From positions 1-55,870 of the forward strand of contig DBRQ01000009.1 of the NCBI GenBank assembly GCA_002306345.1: a stretch of DNA of 55,870 nt, in the 5' to 3' direction. A program made the position numbers and the translations under genes. This document shows, one piece after another, positions 10,152 through 20,962 of this stretch. The DNA is from Candidatus Pacebacteria bacterium UBA1364. Lineage in GTDB: Bacteria > Patescibacteriota > Microgenomatia > UBA1400 > PJMF01. Position 1 is the first letter of the stretch; each line of letters begins with the position of its first letter. The notes under the pieces are model-generated. The model ran no database searches. It was given only the letters and a program-made list of their open reading frames with translations, and was not told the DNA's origin.

Positions 10152-10562
10152 ATGACGCAGCCTGAGAAATTTTCTCCAGAAATTAAAGGTCTACCTATTG
10201 AAGAGTGTGTTGCTAAAGCTCAAAAATATATCGAAGAAAACGGAGTTTGCTTGTTTTTATTCGATGTTAAAGAGTCAAAAAAATATCCTGATCGACAAGC
10301 CCTACAAAAAAAATTGTTTCTTCTTATTCAAGATTTAAATCAGCAATTTGCCCAGTATTTTCCTGAAAATAGTTTGGCTACTTGTACTCGAAAAGAAAAA
10401 GGTTTTTGTAATCTCTTAGGTGACGGATCGTGGGTTGGCATCAATGATGCTCTCGTTATTCCAATGATCGCAAATTATGTCAAAGAGAATTATCCTGATT
10501 TATCCCTATATTATGGTGTTGCCAAAAATGGCTACGATCAAGCTACAAAAATAGTTAAATGA
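10152..10562 (+). CDS. hypothetical protein
   Basis: 136-aa ORF. TAGAAT box at 10139..10144, 7 nt before the ATG. No recognisable motif. Confidence 0.5.
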   Translation: MTQPEKFSPEIKGLPIEECVAKAQKYIEENGVCLFLFDVKESKKYPDRQALQKKLFLLIQDLNQQFAQYFPENSLATCTRKEKGFCNLLGDGSWVGINDALVIPMIANYVKENYPDLSLYYGVAKNGYDQATKIVK

Positions 10563-10588
10563 GCAAAATTAATGTTTTTTATTGGGGT

Positions 10589-11365
10589 TTAGACAATATC
10601 TTTTAATAATTTTTTTGCCTTGCTTTGTATGTATCCCTCATTAAGAGTGTTATGAAATTGTTGTGCGCATTTTTCAATAGTGTATTTTTTAAGAAATCGT
10701 TTCTTGCCAGCCATTCCTAGTTTTTTGCCAAGTGTAGGATTTTCTAACAAAGTGATTATTTTATTTGCTAAATCTTTAACATCACCTGATTTAGCTAGGA
10801 GTCCAGTTTGTTCGTTAACGACTATTTCATTGCCTGGCTTGTGATCAAAAGCTATTACTGGTTTGCCCAGTGCCATAGCCTCAAGCAACACTAAGCCAAA
10901 ACCTTCTAGTGACCACATGGAAGGAAATACACAAAGGTTGGCTTTGGCCATTTCTGTCAGCGCATTAGGCACTCTGCCTATAAGTTGAACATTGGCAGAT
11001 AGTTTTAAATCTGTGATTAACTCTGCTAATTCTTCTCGAAAAATCCCTTCGCCCACAATGATTAATTGTGCTTTTGGAACTCTTTTTTTCACCTGGACAA
11101 AGGCTTTAATTAATAAGTCTTGACCTTTGCCTTTTTCTAATCTAGAAACACAGACAACGTAGGGAGTTTGTGGTTTTTTTATTTTTCTAGAAAATCCTAT
11201 TGGGATACTTTTTCGGCCGCAAGGAATGACTACTAATTTAGCTAGGGAAATATGTGGTCCAGAAATTAGATGATTAAAGGTATTTTTTGAGGGCACAATC
11301 ACTTTTTCAGGGATTTTTTTGACACTGTAATAGAGTACTTTTGGTAATTGACCAAATTTTTGCAA
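10589..11365 (-). CDS. glycosyltransferase family 4 (GT-B) C-terminal half; downstream part of an amber-interrupted gene
   Basis: RLEKGKGQDLLI, GEG, FPSMWSLEGFGLVLLEAMALGKPVIA (EX7E-type GT4 block). The frame stays open upstream to 11410 and is in phase with 11411..12238. Confidence 0.75.
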   Translation of the reverse strand: MQKFGQLPKVLYYSVKKIPEKVIVPSKNTFNHLISGPHISLAKLVVIPCGRKSIPIGFSRKIKKPQTPYVVCVSRLEKGKGQDLLIKAFVQVKKRVPKAQLIIVGEGIFREELAELITDLKLSANVQLIGRVPNALTEMAKANLCVFPSMWSLEGFGLVLLEAMALGKPVIAFDHKPGNEIVVNEQTGLLAKSGDVKDLANKIITLLENPTLGKKLGMAGKKRFLKKYTIEKCAQQFHNTLNEGYIQSKAKKLLKDIV

Positions 11366-11410
11366 TAATTGTTCTAGAGGGCCAAATTCAATCCAAACAA
11401 CGGGAATTGA

Positions 11411-12238
11411 CTATAATTTGCCTAAAAACGATCCAATGATTTTTTCATTAAAACCGGAAAATAAAAGTAAATCGGTCGGACTATTTTTGAGAATTTTTTG
11501 ATATTGCCATATACCCCATGGCCACAACAACATTGCTTTAACCAATCCCTTCCAGTCTCCTACGACGTCAAGCACCACTGGTAGTGTTTGTGCAGTAATG
11601 CCCTTCTTTTGAAGCAAATTGGCAAATGGAGAGTAGGTAGTGTAAGCCTTTACGGTCATGCCCTCGTTTTGTAATTCGCTAAGGAGATCACTCATAAATT
11701 CTTCGGCACCACCTAGAGCCAACGACTGATTAATATAAGTGATGTGTTGTAATTTAGCTGGCTTATCAAGCTTTCTAAACACAGCCAACCAATTAGTAGT
11801 TTCTTGTGTCAATTTGATTAATGAAAGATCGTATTCAAGCATAAGAGTGGTTAATAGCAGTGGCGAAAAACCCACCTTGTGTGCTCCAAAATACCCAGTT
11901 TCTGCAGTAGTGCCATACAGAAATTGATTGCGAACTTCAGGATCATTTTGAAATCTTGTCAAAATATCATCAACGTTGGGTACACGGATGGTAAGAACGC
12001 CATTGATTTTTAAAACTCTAGCGATTTCACCGATCACAAAATTTACTTCTTCTTTGGTGAAGTGTTCGAGAATATCTTGGGCCAAAATTTCCGTAACAGA
12101 ATCATTAGCATAAGGGAGTGGTAATCTAAGATCATGTACAAGATCAGGTTGAAAACTGGCGAGAGCGTCAATATTAATCCAGCCGGCTCGTTTGTCTTGT
12201 CCACAACCAAGGTTTAGTTTCAATGTAGTAGCTTTCAT
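11411..12238 (-). CDS. class I SAM methyltransferase domain fused to GT4 N-terminal domain; upstream part of an amber-interrupted gene
   Basis: LNLGCGQD, ILEHF and RVLKINGVLTIRVPN (methyltransferase), then ITYINQSLALGGAEEF (GT4 N-terminal domain). Ends at a TAG at 11411..11413. Confidence 0.75.
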   Translation of the reverse strand: MKATTLKLNLGCGQDKRAGWINIDALASFQPDLVHDLRLPLPYANDSVTEILAQDILEHFTKEEVNFVIGEIARVLKINGVLTIRVPNVDDILTRFQNDPEVRNQFLYGTTAETGYFGAHKVGFSPLLLTTLMLEYDLSLIKLTQETTNWLAVFRKLDKPAKLQHITYINQSLALGGAEEFMSDLLSELQNEGMTVKAYTTYSPFANLLQKKGITAQTLPVVLDVVGDWKGLVKAMLLWPWGIWQYQKILKNSPTDLLLFSGFNEKIIGSFLGKL

Positions 12239-12344
12239 TCTTAGAAGGAGTATATAACTTCAAACAACTGAAACAAATTACATGCTTAATTTTTATTAGT
12301 ATTTTTTATTAATAATTGCTATACTTGGTTTTGGTTATTATCAA

Positions 12345-15011
12345 ATGATAGAAAAAACTAATTGGTACAATCTTACTTGGGAAAAAGCAGTTGCGCTGTT
12401 ACATTCTGATTTTAAAGCAGGTTTGTCTGAAAAAGAAATCGAGTCTCGGCAAAAAGAATTCGGCAAAAATAAATTGCCACAAGAAAAACCTCTCTCTCGA
12501 CTAAAAATATTTTTAGATCAGTTCAAAAGTTCCCTAGTTTATATTTTAATAGTGGCTGGCATCATCACATTGCTTTTAAAGGAATATGCAGATGCACTTG
12601 TTATCTTTATGGCAGTGATTTTAGATGTCATTGTTGGCTATATTCAAGAAAATAAATCATCCAACGCTTTAAGAGAATTAAAAAAAGTATTAAGTATCGA
12701 GACAATTGTTTTTAGGGACGGCAAAGAAAAAGAAATTTCCGCTGACGAACTTGTTCCAGGAGATATTATTTTGTTAAGACCAGGAGATAAGGTGCCAGCC
12801 GATGGCAGATTGATTGAAAGTCATGACCTAAAAATTAACGAGTCAGCTTTGACCGGCGAGTGGCTTGCAGCTGTTAAAACTGTCAACATCCTACCCAAAG
12901 ATACTCCATTAGCGGATAGAGATAATGTAGTTTACATGGGGACGATAGTTGAAGATGGACGTGGAAAAGCCATTGTGACCGAAACGGGCATTAGAACAGA
13001 AATTGGAAAAATTACCAATTTAGTCAGAGAAACCAAAGAGCAAAAAACTCCTTATCAAAAAAAACTCGCTCACTTTTCAACAAGTCTTGGCATTGTTATT
13101 GGGATAATTTGTTTTGTTATTTTTATTGAAGGCATGTTGACTGGTGGAAAATTTGTTGAAATGTTTACGACGGCTGTAGCCATAGCCGTAGCTTCTATTC
13201 CCGAGGGGTTACCAGTAGCAATGACGGTCATTTTAGCCCTTGGTATGCAGAGAATTTTTAAAAAAAATGGCTTGGTACGGAAATTAGCCGCCGCTGAAAC
13301 ATTGGGAAGCACTTCGTTAATTGCCACCGACAAAACCGGTACTTTGACACAAGCTAAAATGACAGTAGCTGGTCTCTTCACTTTTTCCAAGGAAGAAGAG
13401 GAATTAGTTTTGAAAAACGCCATTTTGTGCAGTGAGGCTTTTATTGAAAATCCTGACGAGCAACCTGAAAATTGGCAAATTAGAGGAATGTCTACCGAAA
13501 GAGCCTTGGTTTTGGCTGGTGGCCAACGCGGACTTTTTAAAAATCAATTAGAAGAACTAGAACCGCAAATTGATGAAATTCCCTTTGATTCAAAATATAA
13601 ATATTCAGCCAGTTTGCGGAAAATTTCAAGAATGGATAAACAAGAAAAACATTCAATTTCCAGCAAGTTTGGGGAAATTATTTATGTTAAAGGAGCGCCG
13701 GAAATAATTTTAGAAAAATCAAAATATTTAAGATTGAAAGATCAACAAGTTGAAATGGATGAAGCTAGACGCGCTCTTTTAAATCAAGAATATGAAAAAT
13801 TAACGAAAAATGGATATAGAGTTTTAGCAACGGCCTATAAAATTGATACCAACTTGCAATCGACTAATGGTAATTTAGAAGAAGAAATTTGTGATTTAGT
13901 TTTTGTTGGTTTCATTTTTTTGGAAGATCCTATTCGTCAAGAAGCCAAGCAGGCAATTCAAACTTGTTATCAAGCTGGTATGAGACCAATTATTGTCACC
14001 GGTGACCATCGATTAACTGCCAAAGCCATTGCCAACCAATTAGGTTTTAATGTCAAGGATGAAAATATTTTAGAAGGAAAAGATTTAGAAAAAATGTCTG
14101 ATGAAGAGTTTGATCAAAAAATAAATAGTGTCCAAATCTTTGCTAGATTAGAGCCAAAGCACAAGTTGAGAATCATTGAAGCTTTACAGAAAAAAGGCAA
14201 AGTGGTGGCCATGACTGGCGATGGAATTAACGATGCTCCTGCCTTGAAACAGGCCGATATTGGAGTGGCTCTGGGTTCAGGGACACAAGTAGCTAAAGAA
14301 GTTTCCGATCTTGTCCTTTTGACAGATGACTTTTCTATTATTGTGTCAGCAGTGGAAGAAGGTAGGGCTATTCTTGATAATATTAGAAAAGTCATTACCT
14401 ATCTTTTGTCTGACAGCTTTACTGAAGTAATTTTAATTTCGACTAGCATGATCGCAGGACTTCCTTTGCCGGTAACAGCTGTACAAATTTTATGGATCAA
14501 TCTAATAGAAGATGGTTTGCCGGATATTGCCTTGGCTTTTGAGCCAAAGGAAAAAGATTTAATGAAACAAAAACCACAAAGTCGTGATGTTCCTTTATTA
14601 ACTCAAGAAATGAAAATTATTATCTTTATTATTGGGTTGTTTACTGACTTGCTGCTTTTGGGTTTATTTTTTTGGCTCTGGAAGCAAAATCATAATATTG
14701 ACTATGTCAGAACCATGGTTTTTGCCTGTCTTGCCATAGATTCGATTTCCTATGTTTTTTGTTGTAAAAGCTTAAAAAAGAATTTATGGCACACCAATCT
14801 CTTTGACAACAAACTTTTAATTGCAGCTTGGTTTGTTGGTATGATTGGTCTATTGTCTGCCATATATATACCTATTTTAAATAGATTTCTTGGTACCATT
14901 CCTTTACCATTTTCTTCGTGGTACATCATTGTTGGATTGGCAATTATCAATGTTGCTTTAATTGAAGTCGTCAAACATTATTTTATCGTCAGGCACCAAA
15001 CTGAAGTCTAA
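12345..15011 (+). CDS. cation-transporting P-type ATPase (type II, Ca2+/Mg2+-like)
   Basis: TGE, DKTGTLT, KGAPE, TGDHRLTA, MTGDGINDAPALKQADIGVA, about 10 TM segments, and the N-terminal cation-ATPase motif GLSEKEIESRQKEFGKN. Confidence 0.9.
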   Translation: MIEKTNWYNLTWEKAVALLHSDFKAGLSEKEIESRQKEFGKNKLPQEKPLSRLKIFLDQFKSSLVYILIVAGIITLLLKEYADALVIFMAVILDVIVGYIQENKSSNALRELKKVLSIETIVFRDGKEKEISADELVPGDIILLRPGDKVPADGRLIESHDLKINESALTGEWLAAVKTVNILPKDTPLADRDNVVYMGTIVEDGRGKAIVTETGIRTEIGKITNLVRETKEQKTPYQKKLAHFSTSLGIVIGIICFVIFIEGMLTGGKFVEMFTTAVAIAVASIPEGLPVAMTVILALGMQRIFKKNGLVRKLAAAETLGSTSLIATDKTGTLTQAKMTVAGLFTFSKEEEELVLKNAILCSEAFIENPDEQPENWQIRGMSTERALVLAGGQRGLFKNQLEELEPQIDEIPFDSKYKYSASLRKISRMDKQEKHSISSKFGEIIYVKGAPEIILEKSKYLRLKDQQVEMDEARRALLNQEYEKLTKNGYRVLATAYKIDTNLQSTNGNLEEEICDLVFVGFIFLEDPIRQEAKQAIQTCYQAGMRPIIVTGDHRLTAKAIANQLGFNVKDENILEGKDLEKMSDEEFDQKINSVQIFARLEPKHKLRIIEALQKKGKVVAMTGDGINDAPALKQADIGVALGSGTQVAKEVSDLVLLTDDFSIIVSAVEEGRAILDNIRKVITYLLSDSFTEVILISTSMIAGLPLPVTAVQILWINLIEDGLPDIALAFEPKEKDLMKQKPQSRDVPLLTQEMKIIIFIIGLFTDLLLLGLFFWLWKQNHNIDYVRTMVFACLAIDSISYVFCCKSLKKNLWHTNLFDNKLLIAAWFVGMIGLLSAIYIPILNRFLGTIPLPFSSWYIIVGLAIINVALIEVVKHYFIVRHQTEV

Positions 15012-15052
15012 AACTTTTAGCGTTTCAATACTTGATTGATTTTTGAGGTATA

Positions 15053-16306
15053 ATGATGTCCATGATTAAACCGTTCAAAAAAAATACTCAATTATCAAAA
15101 TTACCACGTAACGTTTGGGCAGTGGGTTTCACTAGTTTTTTGACAGATATTTCTAGCGAAATGATTATTAATATTTTGCCGCTTTTTTTGTCTAATGTTT
15201 TGGGGGTTAAAACCAACGTTATTGGTTTGATTGAGGGTTTTGCTGAAACCACTGCTAGTATCCTTAAACTTTTTTCCGGTTGGTTATCGGACAAACTTAG
15301 AGCTCGCAAATGGTTAACCGTGGTTGGATATGGTTTATCAGCCATCACTAAACCATTGTTTTATTTTGCTAATAGTTGGGGATTAGTTGCTAGTGTCCGT
15401 TGGGGTGATCGGGTGGGCAAGGGTATTCGTACTGCCCCTAGAGATGCATTGATTGCCGATTCAGTGGCGCCAACAACACGAGGTTTGGCATTTGGTGTAC
15501 AAAAAGCTTTAGATAGTGCGGGAGCGGTTATTGGTTTACTAATTGCTGCCATTGTTGTTTGGTGGACACAAACGGAAACTCTTGCTCTGTCTCGTTCAAC
15601 CTTTCAAACCTTGGTTTTAATTAGTATTCTTCCAGCGTTTTTAGCTATGCTGACTTTAATTTTTGGGGCAAAAGATGTGGCTAGTAGCAAAACCGCCATC
15701 TTGCCCAAGTTTTCTTTTCGCAATCTAGGTAAACCATTTGGGATTTACGTTGCCATTGTTGGTATCTTTACTTTAGGTAATTCTTCAGATGCTTTCATGG
15801 TACTTCGTGCACAAAACTTGGGCATTTCCGTTATCGGAATTCTTTTGATGTTAGCGGTTTTTAAATTGATTTATTCGTTAGTTTCTGTTCCAGCTGGTTC
15901 ACTGTCCGATAAAATTGGCAGAAAAAAACTAATTATAGGTGGCTGGTTGGTTTATGCGGCTATTTATTTTGGTTTTGCCTTCGCCACTCAGTCTTGGCAA
16001 GTATGGCTATTGTACGTGATTTATGGTCTTTATTATGGTTTAGCTTTTGGAACAGCCACCGCTATGGTAGCTGATTTGGTTCCAGAGCAATTGCGTGGGA
16101 CAGCATATGGCACCTACAATGCTGTAATTGGATTGCTTAATTTACCGGCTTCTTTGATTGCTGGCGTATTATGGCAAGGAGCGGGTAGCTTTGAAGGTTT
16201 TGGGCCAAGTGCACCGTTTCTTTTTGGTGGTAGTCTTGCCATTATCGCCGCCTTACTCATGATTTTTGTAATGCCAAAAGTTGAATCGCTTCAGTCAAAA
16301 AAATGA
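15053..16306 (+). CDS. MFS transporter
   Basis: 12 predicted hydrophobic spans and loop motifs GWLSDKLRARK and SDKIGRKK. TATAAT at 15049..15054 overlaps the first ATG, so the true start may be the ATG at 15062. Confidence 0.75.
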   Translation: MMSMIKPFKKNTQLSKLPRNVWAVGFTSFLTDISSEMIINILPLFLSNVLGVKTNVIGLIEGFAETTASILKLFSGWLSDKLRARKWLTVVGYGLSAITKPLFYFANSWGLVASVRWGDRVGKGIRTAPRDALIADSVAPTTRGLAFGVQKALDSAGAVIGLLIAAIVVWWTQTETLALSRSTFQTLVLISILPAFLAMLTLIFGAKDVASSKTAILPKFSFRNLGKPFGIYVAIVGIFTLGNSSDAFMVLRAQNLGISVIGILLMLAVFKLIYSLVSVPAGSLSDKIGRKKLIIGGWLVYAAIYFGFAFATQSWQVWLLYVIYGLYYGLAFGTATAMVADLVPEQLRGTAYGTYNAVIGLLNLPASLIAGVLWQGAGSFEGFGPSAPFLFGGSLAIIAALLMIFVMPKVESLQSKK

Positions 16307-16345
16307 CGCTCTCTTTTTTAGGGATATAATTAATTGCGTGACGTC

Positions 16346-18016
16346 ATGAAAAAAAAATTATTTTTACTGTTTATCTTTGTTTTAGCAATTATTTTACGTT
16401 TTTGGCAATTTGCCAAAGTGCCAGTGGCTTTAAATCGTGACGAAGCATCTCTGGCCTACAATGCTTTTGCTATTTTACAAACAGCTCGAGACGAACATGG
16501 TCGTTTTTTACCACTGCAGATTGAATCTTTTGGCGATTGGAAATTACCTGGTTATATTTATACTTTATTACCATTTATAGCAGTTTTTGGCTTACAAGAT
16601 TGGGTAGTTAAATTACCCTCAGCCTTAGCTAGTTTGGGCACTATTGTTTTTGGTTTTCTTTTGGTCAAAAAATGGAGTAAAGACGAACTATTCGCTTTGT
16701 TGCTGGCCTTAATTTTAGCCATTACGCCATGGTCTATCCACTTTGCGCGCGTAGCCTATGAGACTAATTTAGCTTTATTTTTTTGGGTTTTTGGTTTGTA
16801 CTTTTTTGAAATTTTAATAGAAAAAATGAAACGAAAAAAGTCTGCTTTAGGTTATTCTTTATTAGTTATTTTTTGCTGGAGTTTAACAGTTTTTACCTAT
16901 CATGCTTTTCAAATTTTTACGCCAATTATGGCTATATATCTATTTTTTTCGCATCGCCAATTATTTTTAAATTATTTTAGGCAATTTAAAAAATCATTTT
17001 TCATTAATTTAATTTTTTTATTTCTTTGGATAGGCTTATTTATTTTCTCCGGTTTTGAACAAGCCAATGCAATCAAATTTTCTGGTTTATCAATTTTTTC
17101 TAATAATCATTATAACGAAGAAATGTTTCAAGATAGACAACAATTTGCTAAACCAAATTCATTGTGGGCCAAATTGTATAGTAATGACCTTTCGGTCATT
17201 ACACAACAATTAACGACTAATATTTTTAAAGTTTTTTCAGCTGATTTTTTATTTATTAAAGGAGGTAATAATCTCAGTCACAACGTTAGTCTGGTTCCCA
17301 ATCTTTATCCCTTCGAAGCATTGTTAATAATATTGGCTTTGATCTTTTTTATTCAAGAAAAAAAACCTTGGCAAAAACTTGTTTTTTTTATGACTATCAC
17401 AGCAGTTATTGCTCCAGTTATTACCTTTGAAGCTAATCATAGTACTAGAGCTTTTCCCTTGCTTTTGCCTTTATCAATTATGGCAGCCTATGGTTTAAGA
17501 AAAATTTACTCAAAACGAGCGTTGTTATTGCCTGCACTTTTTTTGCTTGTTTATGCTCTTTATTATTTTGTCATTAACTATTTTATAATTGCCCCGCGTT
17601 TGGATTTAGATTCATCTAACTGGTACATGAAACAATTAACCGCTTCTGTTTGGCAAGAAAAGAATCAATATGATTTCGTGGTTTTCAATGAAGTTGGTAC
17701 AACGCCTTATATTTATTTTTTATACTACTTAAAATATCAACCTGCGCTTTTATCTTATAATTTAACTTATTATCCTTCTGATCAAGAAGGTTTTCGTTAC
17801 GCCAAAAGTTTAGAAAATATTTATTTCATTAATGATCCGGTCTATTTTCAAAATTTTTTGCAAGAGAAGCCAGCTGATTTTTTATATGTTAGTCGAGTTG
17901 GTGGCGATTCGCTGCACGTTACAGATAAATATTCTTATCAAATTATTGCTGAGGTAACCGATGAAAAATCAACAATTGTTTATCAGTTGATGCAAGTAAA
18001 CAGGCAAGACTTGTAA
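16346..18016 (+). CDS. GT-C fold glycosyltransferase (family 39 / ArnT-PMT-like)
   Basis: First-loop NRDEASLAYNAF motif and many TM segments. The track ORF starts at a TTG at 16334. ATG 16346 lies 15 nt after TATAAT at 16325..16330. Confidence 0.65.
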   Translation: MKKKLFLLFIFVLAIILRFWQFAKVPVALNRDEASLAYNAFAILQTARDEHGRFLPLQIESFGDWKLPGYIYTLLPFIAVFGLQDWVVKLPSALASLGTIVFGFLLVKKWSKDELFALLLALILAITPWSIHFARVAYETNLALFFWVFGLYFFEILIEKMKRKKSALGYSLLVIFCWSLTVFTYHAFQIFTPIMAIYLFFSHRQLFLNYFRQFKKSFFINLIFLFLWIGLFIFSGFEQANAIKFSGLSIFSNNHYNEEMFQDRQQFAKPNSLWAKLYSNDLSVITQQLTTNIFKVFSADFLFIKGGNNLSHNVSLVPNLYPFEALLIILALIFFIQEKKPWQKLVFFMTITAVIAPVITFEANHSTRAFPLLLPLSIMAAYGLRKIYSKRALLLPALFLLVYALYYFVINYFIIAPRLDLDSSNWYMKQLTASVWQEKNQYDFVVFNEVGTTPYIYFLYYLKYQPALLSYNLTYYPSDQEGFRYAKSLENIYFINDPVYFQNFLQEKPADFLYVSRVGGDSLHVTDKYSYQIIAEVTDEKSTIVYQLMQVNRQDL

Positions 18017-18146
18017 ACAGCCCATTTTTAATCCTTGTCGCTAGCTTAAATAAAAAGCAATCCTCATTAAAAAATATAAAATTGTTCAAGCTGAAACAGT
18101 CAAACCTTTCATTTTTTATTTTGTCATTTTTTGGCTAGGAAAACAC

Positions 18147-19337
18147 TTAGGAAAGTACTATTGCGTTTGGCAAAATGTTAGCTCTTGGAATAGTGATATT
18201 TTTTTTCACAAATTTTATTTGTTTCACTGGTTGATTAACAATTTTTTTCTTTTTTCTTTGCGTTCTTGTAGCGATTTCCTCAACAATTAATTTGATCAGT
18301 TTTTTTGCTTCAGCTTCATTAGTTTTAAGTGATGTATTCCAATCAAGACCAGGCATAGTATTACCTTCTAAAAAATAAACGTTGCCATTATTGCTCATTA
18401 CAAAATCAAGGGCGTAAAGCGAAGATTTATCATTTAAGATTTTAGCAATTAAATTTGCTTGATTCACTACTTTTTGTGGAATTGTTTTAAGAGGTAAATA
18501 AATTAAAGTGCCACCTAAATGTTCATTACAGCGAAAATCTCCTGGTTGAGCTATTCTGATATAAGATTGCACAATTTTGTCGCCAAGATAAACAAAGCGA
18601 ATGTCAGCCATTACTGGTGAGTTTTTATAATTAAAACCTCGATCAAATTTGATAAAAGGTTGAAGAATAAAAGAAATTTCCGCATTTTGATTGACTATGG
18701 CCAATATATTTTCAAATTGTTGAGGGGTAAATTTGTAAACATTTTCCCCGCCTGATCCAAATCTATCTTTCATCACAATGTCGCTACTAAAATCAGTAGT
18801 ATGAGCATTACAGCTCACTAATTTTGCCAATCTATTGCAAGCATCACTGATGCCTTGCAAAGTATTGTCTTTTAAAGAATTTAGCGCAATGGTTGGAATA
18901 GCGTATGCGGCTAATTTTTCGTAAGTTTGTTGTTTGTCAAAAAATAAATCAAAAAGTTTAAAACTATTAAATGATTTAACTTTCTGTGATGAAAACAACA
19001 ATTTGCGTCGCGCTTTAATTCCATCATTAACTGGCGCAAATTTGTCAAAAATTAAGTTAGAAGAACATGAGGAATTATTTTTTTGCCATTTTTGATTTTT
19101 AAATTCCCAAAAACTTTTACATAAACCGGCGCCAATAATATCGGCAGAAGTTGTTAAGGCAATTTTGAGTTTATACTTTGCACTAATTTCCAAAAAATAA
19201 CCATAAACAATATTGTAAGAACTATTACCAAATTTAGCTGAAAATGGTGTTTTATTTAAAATCGAGGAATCAGAAGCACTTGAGGAGAATTTTTCACTAT
19301 AAACAATCAGAGCATCAAAATAAATTGGTTTTTTCAT
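18147..19337 (-). CDS. ATP-grasp domain protein (RimK/GshB-like ligase)
   Basis: VMKDRFGSGGENVYKF, and ALDFVMSNNGNVYFLEGNTMPGL (Mg/ATP-binding E-N pair typical of the ATP-grasp fold). Confidence 0.6.
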   Translation of the reverse strand: MKKPIYFDALIVYSEKFSSSASDSSILNKTPFSAKFGNSSYNIVYGYFLEISAKYKLKIALTTSADIIGAGLCKSFWEFKNQKWQKNNSSCSSNLIFDKFAPVNDGIKARRKLLFSSQKVKSFNSFKLFDLFFDKQQTYEKLAAYAIPTIALNSLKDNTLQGISDACNRLAKLVSCNAHTTDFSSDIVMKDRFGSGGENVYKFTPQQFENILAIVNQNAEISFILQPFIKFDRGFNYKNSPVMADIRFVYLGDKIVQSYIRIAQPGDFRCNEHLGGTLIYLPLKTIPQKVVNQANLIAKILNDKSSLYALDFVMSNNGNVYFLEGNTMPGLDWNTSLKTNEAEAKKLIKLIVEEIATRTQRKKKKIVNQPVKQIKFVKKNITIPRANILPNAIVLS

Positions 19338-19443
19338 AACTTAACAAAATTTTGGGTTAGGAGACCAAAAGAAATACAAAAATGTATTAGTGCCTTAATT
19401 ATAGCACATTTTAAGACGAAGTAGTCAGGCAAAACAGAAATGC

Positions 19444-20724
19444 TTATTCAACAAAGGTTAAGGCAATACCGGTTTTATTTGCACGTCCGGTACGACCAAT
19501 TCGGTGGATATAATCTTCGTAAGTTTCTGGTAAATCATAATTGATCACGTGAGTAACGTTTTTAATGTCTAAACCTCTAGAAACCACATCGGTAGCTAAG
19601 AGAATTTGGACATGATCGTCACGAAATTGTTGTAGCGCTTTTTGTCTTTGACCTTGGCTTTTATTACCATGAATAGAGGCAACTTTGAAGCCTCGGCTGT
19701 TTAATTCTCTAGTGAGTTTTTCCATGCCATACTTGGTACGCCCAAAAACTAAAACTTTTTGGAATTCTTTCTGAATTAGTAAATCCTGCAAGACATCAAT
19801 TTTGCTTTTACCTCGCACACTAATAATACTTTGATCAATGTGAGCTTTACTTTCTGTAGATTTAATGGCTACAAAAACAGGATTGCTTAGAAAACCTTGC
19901 ATAATTGCTTCCACTTTTTTGTTAGTAGTAGCAGAGAAAAACAATGACTGTCTTTCCTTTGGTAATTGACTGATGATGTTTTTGACGTCATGCACAAACC
20001 CCATATCTAACATTCTATCGACTTCATCCAAAACTATAGTGTCAAAGTGCATAAAATTTAATTTATGCCTTTGTGCTAAATCTTTGAGACGTCCCGGCGT
20101 ACCAATGACAAACGCCGGTCTTCTTTGCAAACGTGCAATTTGACGAGCAATAGATGATCCGCCAATGCAAATAGTAGAAAAAACAGCTAAATTTTGATTA
20201 AAAGTCACCAATTCGTCTCTAATTTGTAGAGCTAATTCGCGAGTAGGGGTAATCACTAACACTCTAGTGTTTGGATTTTTCAAAACTTTATCAATCAAAG
20301 GAATCAAGAAAGCTGCAGTTTTGCCCGTGCCAGTGTCGGCGATTCCCACTGCATCTCTATTTGCCAAAATGGAAGGAATAATTTGATCTTGAATAGGAGT
20401 AGGGATTTGATAGCCCTTGGCGCTTAGATTAATTTTAATTGTCTCATCGACAGCAAAATCAGCAAAAGCGTATTGATTGTGATAAATTTCTTCTGTTTGC
20501 TTAGTTTCATCAAAGTGACTGGCTTTTTGAATGAACAAAGAAGGATCAAAACTCACAATTTTTCTGCCAGAGCGATTGTTATTACCTCTAGCAGTGTGGC
20601 TAAAAGCGCGATTATCACTAAAGCTGCGACTTCCACGGGAACGAGAACCGCTATTACGGAAAGCAAAGCCACTATTGCGATTACTATGAAAATTAGCCTT
20701 TAAAAGGCGTTCACGCTGATACAT
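19444..20724 (-). CDS. DEAD-box ATP-dependent RNA helicase with Arg/Ser/Gly-rich N-terminal tail
   Basis: Q-motif region, ADTGTGKT, PTRELA, DEVD (motif II), SAT, HRIGRTGRA. The track start 20763 is a TTG and the first ATG is at 20724. Confidence 0.9.
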   Translation of the reverse strand: MYQRERLLKANFHSNRNSGFAFRNSGSRSRGSRSFSDNRAFSHTARGNNNRSGRKIVSFDPSLFIQKASHFDETKQTEEIYHNQYAFADFAVDETIKINLSAKGYQIPTPIQDQIIPSILANRDAVGIADTGTGKTAAFLIPLIDKVLKNPNTRVLVITPTRELALQIRDELVTFNQNLAVFSTICIGGSSIARQIARLQRRPAFVIGTPGRLKDLAQRHKLNFMHFDTIVLDEVDRMLDMGFVHDVKNIISQLPKERQSLFFSATTNKKVEAIMQGFLSNPVFVAIKSTESKAHIDQSIISVRGKSKIDVLQDLLIQKEFQKVLVFGRTKYGMEKLTRELNSRGFKVASIHGNKSQGQRQKALQQFRDDHVQILLATDVVSRGLDIKNVTHVINYDLPETYEDYIHRIGRTGRANKTGIALTFVE

Positions 20725-20962
20725 ATTTACTTCTTTCTTTAATCTTTTCAAGGTCAAAGACAAGAAGCAAAAAATTGCGTGCTCAAACCAATTGAATTAT
20801 TTTAACTATGAATTGCTATTATAACATACTAATCAGTTAATTGTAAATTATAGGATATTAAACTTGACTCAAGACAAATGGTAAAATATATGTTTTTTAA
20901 AATTTTGTCTATTTATTTTTTGAAAAAAAACAATAAAATACTGACTTACTTAAGATAAACAT

